This document shows, piece by piece, positions 1-9,085 of a stretch of 64,000 nucleotides of DNA. The stretch lies in the NCBI GenBank assembly GCA_050949565.1, contig JBMNFY010000007.1:160001-224000 (forward strand), written 5' to 3'. The position numbers were made by a program, and so were the translations under genes. How positions within the stretch are numbered: the stretch's first letter is position 1; each line of letters begins with the position of its first letter. Below the pieces are notes generated by a model that worked only from the letters and a program-made list of their open reading frames with translations, was not told where the DNA came from and ran no database searches. This stretch comes from Kiritimatiellia bacterium. GTDB lineage: Bacteria; Verrucomicrobiota; Kiritimatiellia; RFP12; UBA1067.

Positions 1-271
1 CGCGCTGCGTGACGGCAAGCTGAGTGCTACCGACGCGGCGGCGTTGCTGACGCTTTTCGACCGCATGGACAGCGTACTGGGCGTGATCCGGTTCGGCCGG
101 GCCGCGCGTACGGATGCGGTACCCGCCGAGATCACGGCGCTGGTCGAGGCGCGCGCGGCGGCGCGTGCCGCCAAAGAGTGGGCGGAGTCCGACCGTCTGC
201 GTGACGAGCTGGCCGCCAAGGGATGGGAGGTCCGCGATTCCAAAGAGGGCCAGAAACTAAAGAAGCTGTAA
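1..271 (+). CDS. cysS: Cysteinyl-tRNA synthetase, C-terminal part (5' end outside window)
   Basis: Frame is open from the window start; ARAAARAAKEWAESDRLRDELAAKGWEVRD is the typical CysRS anticodon-binding C-terminus. Confidence 0.88.
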   Translation, partial: ALRDGKLSATDAAALLTLFDRMDSVLGVIRFGRAARTDAVPAEITALVEARAAARAAKEWAESDRLRDELAAKGWEVRDSKEGQKLKKL

Positions 272-272
272 C

Positions 273-1019
273 ATGAATCGTGGCGTTTTCATTACCTTTG
301 AGGGCCCCGAGGCCAGCGGCAAGAGCACGCACATCCGGCTGCTGGCCGAGCGGCTGCGCGAGCGCGGTATCACGGTGACGTTGACGCGCGAGCCGGGCGG
401 CACGCCGCTGTGCGAGGCGATCCGGCGTCTGCTGCAACACGACGGCTCGGGTGAAGCGCCGGTGCCGCAGGCGGAAGTTTTGTTGTTCCTCGCCAGCCGG
501 GCGCAGCATGTCGCGCGCGTGATTGAGCCTGCTTTGGCGCGCGGCGAGTGGGTGCTGTGCGACCGTTTCAGCGACTCCACGCTGGCGTATCAGGGATACG
601 GGCGCGGGTTTGATCTGGCGCAGCTCCGCGCAATCGATGCGTTTGCCACCCGCGAGCGAACGCCCGATTTGACCGTGCTGTTGGATGTGACACCGGAGAC
701 AAGCCGTCAGCGCCTGCGCACGCGGCAGGTGGAGAACGCAGCGGCGCCGGATCGCATCGAGCGCGAGGCGGATGCCTTTCATGCGCGGCTGCGCGCCGGT
801 TTTCTGGAACTGGCGGCAACGGAGCCTGAGCGTTTTGTGGTTTTGACGACGGAGCGCGAGCCCGATGAGGTCGCGGCGGAGATTCTGGCGGCGATTGACC
901 GCCGTTTTTTCAAAGGTGGTGTCGGCACCCTCCCTTGTGGCATGGGCGTCCCGCCCATGAAACACGGGCAAGATGCCCGTGCCACACCTGCAAGCAAGGG
1001 AGCGGAAGATGCCGAATGA
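273..1019 (+). CDS. tmk: Thymidylate kinase with REP-derived C-terminal extension
   Basis: FITFEGPEASGKST P-loop, TREPGGT, LCDRFSDSTLAYQGYGRG. Confidence 0.96.
   Translation: MNRGVFITFEGPEASGKSTHIRLLAERLRERGITVTLTREPGGTPLCEAIRRLLQHDGSGEAPVPQAEVLLFLASRAQHVARVIEPALARGEWVLCDRFSDSTLAYQGYGRGFDLAQLRAIDAFATRERTPDLTVLLDVTPETSRQRLRTRQVENAAAPDRIEREADAFHARLRAGFLELAATEPERFVVLTTEREPDEVAAEILAAIDRRFFKGGVGTLPCGMGVPPMKHGQDARATPASKGAEDAE
937..1000 (+). repeat. REP doublet family A, copy 1 (inside tmk 3' end)
   Basis: GTGG-CATGGGCG-TCC-CGCCCATG-AAA-CACGGGCA-AGA-TGCCCGTG-CCAC plus tail ACCTGCAAGCAAGGG; recurs at 12686-12750 and 31353-31418. Confidence 0.9.
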
Positions 1020-1980
1020 CGACACCTTCAAGATGGTGAAGCGTGCGCTGGATTCGGGACGTCCGGCCAACGCATACCTGATAGTGGGGCCGGTGCGCGG
1101 GATTGCCATGGATCTGGCGGTGCGCATTCTGCAGGCGCTGTTCTGCCAATCGGAAGAGAAGCCGTGCGGGACTTGCGACGGATGCAGGCGGGTCGTCGAA
1201 CGGAGCGAGCCGGATATCCACTGGATTTTCCCCGAGAAAAAATCGCGGATCATTGGCATAGACCAGATTCGTGAAAATTTGATCAACGAGATCACACAAA
1301 CCGCATTCCGCGACGGCTGGAAAGCCGGTGTGCTGGTCGGCGTAGACCGTTTGAATGAAGCTTCGGCCAACGTCTTCCTGAAAACACTCGAGGAGCCGCC
1401 GCAACGGACGCTGTTTTTGCTGTTGACCGACGCACCGCAGCAATTGCTGCCGACGATCGTGTCGCGGTGCCAGCGTGTCGATCTAAACGCGGTGCGCGAG
1501 CTGGACGAGCCGTGGCGCGGCAGGGTGATCGAGACGTTGGCGAGCCCGCTGCTGAGATCGCCGATCGAGAGACAGGTGATGGCCGGCATGCTCTTTGCGA
1601 TTCTGGCAGAGATGAAGGAGAAGGCCGAGCAGTTGGTCAAGGAGGAGGACGCGGCGAGCGCGGTGGTGGAAGAGGAAGACCAGGACGTGTTCGAAGCGCG
1701 TGTTAGAGCCCGTTATCTGGAGATGCGGACCGACTTTTTGCTGACGGTGATGCGCTGGTTTCGGGACCTGATGTTGATCACGTCGGGCGGTGCCGACGAG
1801 CTGGTCTACCATGCATCACAACTCGCGGTGCTCAAGGAGCGCGGCGCACGGTTGACCTTGGCGCAGGCGCTCTACAATGTGGCGGCGGTCGAGGAGTTGG
1901 CGCGGCAGATGGAACGCAATCTCTCCGAAGAGAACGTGCTGGCCTATACGCTGGATCGTATCAATCATGGGGTGGCATAA
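1009..1980 (+). CDS. holB: DNA polymerase III delta-prime subunit
   Basis: AYLIVGP, Zn motif FC..PCGTCDGC, ASANVFLKTLEEPP, LLPTIVSRCQ; tmk-holB-PSP1 gene order; ATG at 1009. Confidence 0.92.
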   Translation: MPNDDTFKMVKRALDSGRPANAYLIVGPVRGIAMDLAVRILQALFCQSEEKPCGTCDGCRRVVERSEPDIHWIFPEKKSRIIGIDQIRENLINEITQTAFRDGWKAGVLVGVDRLNEASANVFLKTLEEPPQRTLFLLLTDAPQQLLPTIVSRCQRVDLNAVRELDEPWRGRVIETLASPLLRSPIERQVMAGMLFAILAEMKEKAEQLVKEEDAASAVVEEEDQDVFEARVRARYLEMRTDFLLTVMRWFRDLMLITSGGADELVYHASQLAVLKERGARLTLAQALYNVAAVEELARQMERNLSEENVLAYTLDRINHGVA

Positions 1981-1990
1981 TGGAGAAGCG

Positions 1991-2869
1991 ATGGTAGCGG
2001 TCGCACGTGTACGGATGCCTGAAAACGGCGTTTTTCAATGCCGTGTGCCGGAAGCATTGACGTTGCTGCCCGGCGACCGCTGTCTGGTTGAATTGGATTA
2101 CGGGCTGGATATCGGAACGGTGCTTTATCTGTACGGGATAAGCGAGGGGGTAGGGGAGGAGGACAGGACGCCGGCCTACCGTGTGGTGCGGAAGTGTTCG
2201 GAAAACGAGTTGGCGCGTGAGGCCGAACAGGCGGAGCGCGCGGAGAAAGCCAAGCAGGCCTTCATGTTGTCGGCGCGCCACGAGAAAGGCCATGTCAAGG
2301 TGTTGCACGCACGCTTTTCATACGGCGGCGGTCGTTTCTTTATCCGTTACACGGCGCAGGTGCCCGTGGACTTGCGGCGTTTTGTCGGGCAGGTCCAGCG
2401 TGATTTTAAAACGCAAGTGGATCTCTGGCAGGTGGGGGTGCGCGACGAGGCGGCCCTTATCGGTTGCTTGGGGACGTGTGGACGTGCGGTGTGCTGCTGC
2501 ACATGGCAACGTCAGTTTCAGTCGGTCAACGTGCGGATGGCCAAAACGCAGGAGATGTCGTTAAATCCTGGGTCGATCAACGGGACGTGCGGACGGCTGA
2601 AATGCTGTCTGCGTTTTGAGTATGAGCAGTACCGCGTTGCTGGTGAGTTGCTGCCTGATCACGGCAGCCTGGTGCGTTGCGAGGAGCATGAGGAAGCCGA
2701 GGGCGTAGTGATAGGACGCGATGTGATGCGCGGACGAATCACCGTACGCACGACGGATGGACGCTATCTCACCGTGGCGGCCGACCGTGTGACCGTTAAG
2801 GATAGGGCGATTCGCGATGAACGCGCCGAGGAGGAGGAGGAAGAAGAACGTGAGGATTTTGCTGATTAA
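1991..2869 (+). CDS. PSP1-domain protein (RicT/YaaT family)
   Basis: QVGVRDEAALIGCLGTCGRAVCC and GTCGRLKCCLRFE motifs; follows holB. Confidence 0.9.
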   Translation: MVAVARVRMPENGVFQCRVPEALTLLPGDRCLVELDYGLDIGTVLYLYGISEGVGEEDRTPAYRVVRKCSENELAREAEQAERAEKAKQAFMLSARHEKGHVKVLHARFSYGGGRFFIRYTAQVPVDLRRFVGQVQRDFKTQVDLWQVGVRDEAALIGCLGTCGRAVCCCTWQRQFQSVNVRMAKTQEMSLNPGSINGTCGRLKCCLRFEYEQYRVAGELLPDHGSLVRCEEHEEAEGVVIGRDVMRGRITVRTTDGRYLTVAADRVTVKDRAIRDERAEEEEEEEREDFAD

Positions 2870-3305
2870 TGGGCCTAATCTAAAACTGCTCGGCACGCGC
2901 GAGCCATCCATCTACGGCCACGAGACATTGGAGCAGATCGTGGCGCGCGTGAAGGCCGCCGCGGCGGCGAAGGGCGTGACGCTCGACGCCGTGCAGAGCG
3001 ATGTCGAAGGCGAACTTGTGTCGGCGATCGGTAAGGCACGCGGCGTGTATGATGGTATTTTGATCAATCCGGCAGCTTACACGCACACCAGTGTGGCGGT
3101 GCGCGATGCGATCGCGGCCAGCGGTTTGCCCACCGTTGAAGTGCATCTTTCGAACACACATAAGCGCGAAGGGTTCCGTCATATCAGTCTGACGGCCCCG
3201 GTCTGCGCGGGCCAGGTAATGGGGTTCGGTGGCGCGGGTTATCTGCTTGCGCTGGACGGGTTATTGCATGTTTTAAACGCGCATCAGGAGAAAACGGTAT
3301 CATGA
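2850..3305 (+). CDS. aroQ: Type II 3-dehydroquinate dehydratase
   Basis: LINGPNLKLLGTREPSIYG, INPAAYTHTSVA, VEVHLSN; GTG start at 2850. Confidence 0.96.
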   Translation: MRILLINGPNLKLLGTREPSIYGHETLEQIVARVKAAAAAKGVTLDAVQSDVEGELVSAIGKARGVYDGILINPAAYTHTSVAVRDAIAASGLPTVEVHLSNTHKREGFRHISLTAPVCAGQVMGFGGAGYLLALDGLLHVLNAHQEKTVS

Positions 3306-4222
3306 GCAAGGAAAAGGCTTCGGTAAAACTATGGATCGTAGGCTCGATCGGAATCGACGACATCAAAACCCGCACTGCTGATCGCAAAAATCTGTTGGGC
3401 GGCTCGGTGCCTTACAGCACGGTGGCGGCTTCCTTTTTCACAAAGACAGGCGCGGTGGGGGTGGTGGGGTCCGATTTTCCGGCCGCGTTTGATCGCCGCT
3501 GGCAAGCGTTCGGCATTGACCTCACCGGTGTACAGCGTCAGCAGGGCAGCACATTCCGTTGGGCGTGTGAGTATGACGACAACATGATCGAGCGGACTAC
3601 ATTGAAGACCGAACTGGGGGTCTTTGCGTCGTTCATGCCTGAACTGCCGGCGGCTTACCGTACAGCGCCGTTCGTGCTGCTGGGCAACATTCAGCCCGAG
3701 CTGCAGATGCATGTGCTAAAACAGGCGGATGGGGCGAAGTTTGTAGCGCTGGACACGATGAACTTGTGGATCGAGACCGCACGTCCGGCCTTGCTGAAGG
3801 TGATCCGGCGGGTGAATCTGCTCACGGTGAACGATGGCGAGGCGCGCCAACTAACCGGCAAGTGGAATCTGAGAGAATGCGCCGAAGCGATCCTCAAGAT
3901 GGGACCGAGTTATGCGGTGATCAAAAAGGGCGAGCATGGTGCTCTGCTGTTTTCAAAGGACGGCGTGTTCATTGTGCCGGCTTACCCGGTGCGCAAATTG
4001 GTGGACCCGACCGGCGCGGGGGATTCCTATGCGGGCACCTTCATGGGGTATCTGGCGCGGGCAGGACGCGTTTCGGACGGCATCTTGCGCAAGGCGCTTG
4101 TGCATGCCAGCGCGGTAGCCTCATTTGGCGTAGAGGGCTTCAGCCTCGAACGTTTCCAGAAACTGTCGACACCGGATATTCAGGTACGTGTCGACGAACT
4201 GAAGAGCATGGTGAAAGTGTGA
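3302..4222 (+). CDS. PfkB-family carbohydrate/nucleoside kinase
   Basis: LGGS, IKKGEHGA, DPTGAGDSY signatures. Confidence 0.9.
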   Translation: MSKEKASVKLWIVGSIGIDDIKTRTADRKNLLGGSVPYSTVAASFFTKTGAVGVVGSDFPAAFDRRWQAFGIDLTGVQRQQGSTFRWACEYDDNMIERTTLKTELGVFASFMPELPAAYRTAPFVLLGNIQPELQMHVLKQADGAKFVALDTMNLWIETARPALLKVIRRVNLLTVNDGEARQLTGKWNLRECAEAILKMGPSYAVIKKGEHGALLFSKDGVFIVPAYPVRKLVDPTGAGDSYAGTFMGYLARAGRVSDGILRKALVHASAVASFGVEGFSLERFQKLSTPDIQVRVDELKSMVKV

Positions 4223-4331
4223 CAGATGTGGTAAGTGGTCAGAGGCGCGGTGGTTGATCACATTGACATCGACAAGGACCCGATTTTTCGGCAATATGGA
4301 CGACGTATTTCTTGGTAAGTACTAGTATGGA

Positions 4332-7097
4332 GTGAGGATGATGGACGACGTTCACAACGATTCCAACATTTTAACAGATCCGGTGGCTTCAGCGGCATGT
4401 CCGAAATGCGGGGCAATGCTGGGTGTGAAAGGGCTGCCGCCCTTCAGCGTCGTGCAGTGTCCGACCTGCCAGTTTGAATTTCAGGTTCCGGCCCGTTTTG
4501 GCACCTTCATGCTCTTGCAACTGTTGGGAGCGGGTGGAATGGGCGGTGTCTATCGGGCGCGCGACGAGGGCCTGAACCGCGAAGTGGCGATTAAAGTCAT
4601 GCTCAAGAGCCTCGGCGACGACCCGCAGTTTGTCGAGACATTCCAGCGTGAAGCCCAGGCTGCCGCGCGTTTGAACCATCGGCACATCGCCCAGATCTAT
4701 TCGTTCGGCCAAGAAAAGGGACAGCCCTACATTGCGATGGAACTGGTTTCCGGTGGTAGCCTAGACAAGATGATGGCCGAGCAGGGGCCGCTCGATCCGA
4801 CTGTGGTGATTCATGTCGGCGCGCAAATCGCCGAGGGCCTGAGTATGGCCGCCGATGCCGGCATGGTGCATGGCGATGTGAAGCCTGAGAATATTTTGTT
4901 CGATACTGACAAGAACGCCAAGCTGGTGGACTTCGGTCTTTCGGCCATGCAAAGCGGCCCCGGAAACGAAGTGTGGGGGACTCCGTATTACATTGCGCCC
5001 GAAAAGGTGCGCCGTCAAAAGAGCGACTACCGCTCCGATATCTACAGCCTTGGCGGAACGCTCTACCATGCGATCACAGGAGTGCCGCCTTTTGAAGGCG
5101 TCGATGCCACGGCTGTGGTCAAAGCCCGTTTCGAAGGTCCGCCCAAACCGATGAGCGAGATTCGCGATGGGATTCCGAAAGAGGTTGAGGCCATCATTGC
5201 GCGCATGCTGGAGGTCGAACCCCAAACACGTTTCCCCACATACGGTTCGCTACTGGGCGATATGAAGCGTTATCTGTCCAAAGCCGGCCCGGTAAAGATG
5301 GAAAAAAGCAGCAAGCGGATCGTGCTCAAGGGCAAGCGTGGCGTGACCGGCAAAGTGTCCGCAACCGGTATGCTTGCTGCAACGGGGAGCATGACCGGCA
5401 ACGTGGACGAAGTGCCTGCAGATATGACGCCGGTGGAGGCCATTGAAGAGGTACAAGAAACGGAAGAAGAGGCCGGAAAGCGCGGCTGCCGGATGATGGG
5501 ATTGATCATCGGTGGTGTTGTTGCGTTGGTGGTGGTGCTGGGCCTTATTGTGTTCGGCGTGATGAAGCACTCGGAACGCAAAAAAGCGAATGCCGAGCAG
5601 GCGCAACTTGTAGCGACCCAAGATAAGGCGAGAACTTCCATCGCCACGGCTGTGGCCAATGCAAAAGTTTTGGTCGAGAGGATGCAGGGGTTCGTTCCAG
5701 AAGCCATGGGCTACCCGAAAGAAGCGGCGGATGAGGTCGTCAAGGCTTTGGGCGAGGAGGCTCGCGCACTCATGGTGCCGCCAGAGCCGGACGACAGCGC
5801 CATCGCTGTTGCGGCCGACGGTGGACAAGCGGCGGTACCCGCTGACGCCATCCCGCTGGACCCGGCCCAGCTTGCGGAACTTACCAAGCTGTTGCCGCCC
5901 GAGGCGGCCAAGATGCTCGAAGGACTCGACAAATTGCCGCCCGACCAAGTGATGGCCAAGCTGGACGAGATCACCAAGGCATTGCCGGCCGACCAGATGG
6001 CATCGTTAACGAACAAACTGGCGACACTCATGGAGACGATGGCGGAGGGTATGGCCAAGGGCATTGCGGAAGGCATGGCGGCGATGCTAACAAACGCGCC
6101 GGTGCAGGCCGCACAGCCGCCGGCTCAGCCTGCTGCGGCAGAAACTGCTCAAGATGATGCTCATCCCGTGATCGCCATCGTACGCGGTATGTATCTCGAT
6201 GCTTACTCGATAAAGAGCGCGGCCGCGCTGGCCGAAAGGAAACTACAGGAAATCGAGCAAAAGGCAAAGGAGGCCGAGCAGTTTACGCAGGTCACCAAAC
6301 AGGACACGGAAGCGATCGCCAACCTTAATAATGAGTTGGTCAGGTATATCAACAGCCTCGGTAACGAGTCTGCCTTTACTGAAGCCCCGCGTAAGGTGTC
6401 GCAACTCCGGCGTACTTTGGAAAGTGTTAAGACCGAGGTCGCGTCCTTGATCGAAATCAAGCGCCGAGAAGCCATCGAAGCCGAAAAACAGAAACAGGCT
6501 GAGGAAGAGGCAGAGAAAAAGCGCCAAGAGAAAGAGGCGTATGAGAAAAAAGTGGCCGAGGAACGAGCGCGGGTCGTCGAAGCAGAGGAGGCAAGTGTCG
6601 AGGAGCTTAGGCAATTGAAGTTCCGCGAAGTCTTCCGTGCGTTGAGAGAACTCAAAGAAAACTTGGAAACCCCAGAAGCACAAGATACGGCCTCTGTGGC
6701 GATTGACCGTGTCACCCGCATCAAGGATTTCCACGAGTATTTGGTCTCAGCCGTGCCGGGCTTCAAATCAGCGCGTGGATGGTCGGTTGACAGTGCAGAT
6801 GCCAGAAGCCTCACGGTTGGCGGCCGTAAAATTCCTTGGGTCGATGTGTATAAAGAGCGCCTCGACATTGTCGGCGAGTTGATCAATGAGCTTGCTGCGA
6901 ATCCGGAAAACACCAAGAAGCTGAGCTTGCGTGAGCGGACACGCGTCATGACCAACGCCGCGCTTTGCATGAATTTCTTCTACAAGGAGTTTCCATCGGC
7001 CAAGGAGCGCGCCAAGACGTTAGCGACCGAGGCGGCGCGCCTTTTCGATATCGATGCTGACATCATCAAGGGTCTGCTTCCGGAGTTTTTTGAATAA
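4332..7097 (+). CDS. Membrane Ser/Thr protein kinase with N-terminal Zn ribbon and large helical C-terminal region
   Basis: CPKC..CPTC, LGAGGMGGVY, VAIK, HGDVKPEN, DFG, GTPYYIAPE, followed by one hydrophobic TM segment. Confidence 0.92.
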   Translation: MRMMDDVHNDSNILTDPVASAACPKCGAMLGVKGLPPFSVVQCPTCQFEFQVPARFGTFMLLQLLGAGGMGGVYRARDEGLNREVAIKVMLKSLGDDPQFVETFQREAQAAARLNHRHIAQIYSFGQEKGQPYIAMELVSGGSLDKMMAEQGPLDPTVVIHVGAQIAEGLSMAADAGMVHGDVKPENILFDTDKNAKLVDFGLSAMQSGPGNEVWGTPYYIAPEKVRRQKSDYRSDIYSLGGTLYHAITGVPPFEGVDATAVVKARFEGPPKPMSEIRDGIPKEVEAIIARMLEVEPQTRFPTYGSLLGDMKRYLSKAGPVKMEKSSKRIVLKGKRGVTGKVSATGMLAATGSMTGNVDEVPADMTPVEAIEEVQETEEEAGKRGCRMMGLIIGGVVALVVVLGLIVFGVMKHSERKKANAEQAQLVATQDKARTSIATAVANAKVLVERMQGFVPEAMGYPKEAADEVVKALGEEARALMVPPEPDDSAIAVAADGGQAAVPADAIPLDPAQLAELTKLLPPEAAKMLEGLDKLPPDQVMAKLDEITKALPADQMASLTNKLATLMETMAEGMAKGIAEGMAAMLTNAPVQAAQPPAQPAAAETAQDDAHPVIAIVRGMYLDAYSIKSAAALAERKLQEIEQKAKEAEQFTQVTKQDTEAIANLNNELVRYINSLGNESAFTEAPRKVSQLRRTLESVKTEVASLIEIKRREAIEAEKQKQAEEEAEKKRQEKEAYEKKVAEERARVVEAEEASVEELRQLKFREVFRALRELKENLETPEAQDTASVAIDRVTRIKDFHEYLVSAVPGFKSARGWSVDSADARSLTVGGRKIPWVDVYKERLDIVGELINELAANPENTKKLSLRERTRVMTNAALCMNFFYKEFPSAKERAKTLATEAARLFDIDADIIKGLLPEFFE

Positions 7098-7098
7098 C

Positions 7099-8478
7099 AT
7101 GCGTTATGTAAGCACGCGCGGCGGTGGCGAACCGCTGACGTTCAAGCAAACCATAATGACGGGCCTCGCCCGTGACGGCGGTTTGTATTTGCCGGCGACG
7201 GTCCCAGATGTCCGTGATAGGCTATCAGGGTGGCGCGCACTGAGTTATCAGGATCTGGCGTTCGAGATCATTCGGCTTTTTGCCGACGACATTCCGGATG
7301 ATGTGTTGCGCGATATCGTGGCGCGTAGTTATGCGACGTTCCGGCACCCTGAGATCACGCCCGTGGTCAAGGTCGGGCCGGTCCACCTGCTCGAGCTGTT
7401 TCACGGGCCGACGCTCGCCTTTAAGGATGTGGCGCTGCAATTCCTTGGCAACCTGTTCGAGTATGTCTTGGGGGAGACCGGTGGGGAGATGAACATTGTC
7501 GCCGCGACGAGCGGCGATACCGGCAGCGCCGCGATTTACGGTATGCGTGGCCGCGAGCGTATCCGCATCTTTGTCATGCATCCGCACGGACGTGTGAGCC
7601 CGGTGCAGGAACGCCAGATGACCACTGTGTTGGATGACAACGTCTGCAATCTGGCCGTGGAGGGGACCTTTGACGACTGCCAGAACATCGTCAAGGACCT
7701 TTTTAACGATCTGCAGTTCCGCGATGCCTGCCGGTTGGGAGCGGTCAACTCGATCAACTGGGCCCGCGTGCTGGCGCAGATTGTCTACTATTTCTATGCC
7801 GCATTCCGTGTGCAAGATACCACTGGCGCAGCGCAAGTGCGTTTTAGCGTGCCGACCGGAAACTTTGGTGACATTTTCGCCGGCTATATGGCTCGCTGCA
7901 TGGGCTTGCCCATTGACCGACTGGTGCTGGCGACCAATGAGAACGACATCCTCTGGCGTTATTTCAATACCGGCGTTTACAGCATGGGAGAGGTCGTCCC
8001 GACACTCAGCCCATCGATGGACATCCAGGTTGCCAGCAATTTCGAGCGTTATCTCTATGACCTTGCGGGGAGAGATCCAGCCCGGCTGTCGCACTGGATG
8101 GCGACGTTCAAAGAGACGGGCACGCTGACGCCGGACGTCGCTCCGGACGCGTGTTTCAGTTCAGGTCGCGGCGACACCGAAATGACGCTAAAGGTCATTA
8201 AGGCGTACTGGGAAGCGTGCGGTTACCTGCTTGATCCCCACACGGCGGTTGGGGTAGGGGTGGGGCTGCGATATCTGCAGGAGGAGATCCCGCTGATCTG
8301 CCTAGCTACTGCGCATCCCGCGAAATTCGGCCAAGCGATTATACAAGCCACAGGTCTGGATCTAGCGCGCCACCCGCTGATCGACGCGCTTGCCGATATG
8401 CCGACGCGCGTGCGTGTGGTGCCGGCCAGCAAGGAGGCGGTCGCAGAGATCGTGCGCGCAACCATTGCGGAAGGCTGA
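7099..8478 (+). CDS. thrC: Threonine synthase
   Basis: MRYVSTRG, ELFHGPTLAFKD (PLP Lys), ATSGDTG, NSINWAR, VPTGNFG, ATAHPAKF. Confidence 0.97.
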   Translation: MRYVSTRGGGEPLTFKQTIMTGLARDGGLYLPATVPDVRDRLSGWRALSYQDLAFEIIRLFADDIPDDVLRDIVARSYATFRHPEITPVVKVGPVHLLELFHGPTLAFKDVALQFLGNLFEYVLGETGGEMNIVAATSGDTGSAAIYGMRGRERIRIFVMHPHGRVSPVQERQMTTVLDDNVCNLAVEGTFDDCQNIVKDLFNDLQFRDACRLGAVNSINWARVLAQIVYYFYAAFRVQDTTGAAQVRFSVPTGNFGDIFAGYMARCMGLPIDRLVLATNENDILWRYFNTGVYSMGEVVPTLSPSMDIQVASNFERYLYDLAGRDPARLSHWMATFKETGTLTPDVAPDACFSSGRGDTEMTLKVIKAYWEACGYLLDPHTAVGVGVGLRYLQEEIPLICLATAHPAKFGQAIIQATGLDLARHPLIDALADMPTRVRVVPASKEAVAEIVRATIAEG

Positions 8479-8485
8479 GCGCGCC

Positions 8486-9085
8486 ATGTTGGTTGATCCT
8501 GCGAGCTTCCGTTGCCGACAGTGCGGTGCCTGCTGCCGGGCACCGGGTTACGTCATCCTGCAACCCAGCGAACCTGAAGCCATTGCGGCATTTCTCAACC
8601 TCGATGTTTACGCATTTACCGAGGCATACACGCGCCTGACGTGGAACCGCCACGATCTTTCGCTCATCGAACGCGAAGACGGCGCGTGTATCTTCCTGCA
8701 ACCGGACAACACCTGTCGCATCCAAGCGGTCAAACCGAAGCAGTGCCGTGACTTTCCTTTCCTTTGGCGCACACCGACTTTGGTCGAGGTCTGCCCGGGT
8801 CTCCGTTCGGAGCACACCCGTCCACTATTTGACATAACATATATTATGCGACGTTATTGGCGAGCGGCTTTCAGCCCTCAACTTGCACTGTTCTACCGGT
8901 CCGAGCTGATTCGTAAATCGCGAGAATTGTCGCCACGGAACGCCGCGCAGACACACCATCGATACGGAACGGCGTACGCGTCTCCACCGCCTGCACGAAA
9001 TCACGGAAACAAGCGGCATGCAGGTCGTCCGTCATTGCCGCGGTTGGATCAGCGGCACCACAGGCCGGTGCAACACCGGTGCTGA
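8486..9085 (+). CDS. YkgJ-family cysteine-cluster protein (recognisable domain ends near 8805; tail doubtful)
   Basis: FRCRQCGACC, CIFL, CRIQAVKPKQCRDFPF; the remaining ORF runs through dif and overlaps the convergent gene. Confidence 0.78.
   Translation: MLVDPASFRCRQCGACCRAPGYVILQPSEPEAIAAFLNLDVYAFTEAYTRLTWNRHDLSLIEREDGACIFLQPDNTCRIQAVKPKQCRDFPFLWRTPTLVEVCPGLRSEHTRPLFDITYIMRRYWRAAFSPQLALFYRSELIRKSRELSPRNAAQTHHRYGTAYASPPPARNHGNKRHAGRPSLPRLDQRHHRPVQHRC
8827..8854 (-). other. dif: dif chromosome-dimer resolution site (XerC/XerD)
   Basis: Minus strand ACGTCGCATAA-TATATG-TTATGTCAAAT versus E. coli GGTGCGCATAA-TGTATA-TTATGTTAAAT; 11-6-11 layout. Confidence 0.9.

Noticed and set aside
132-1640. 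502-aa minus-strand ORF and similar long antisense ORFs (e.g. 27083-28057, 55479-57758)
   Set aside because: Shadows of well-supported genes on the opposite strand in GC-rich DNA; no recognisable motifs
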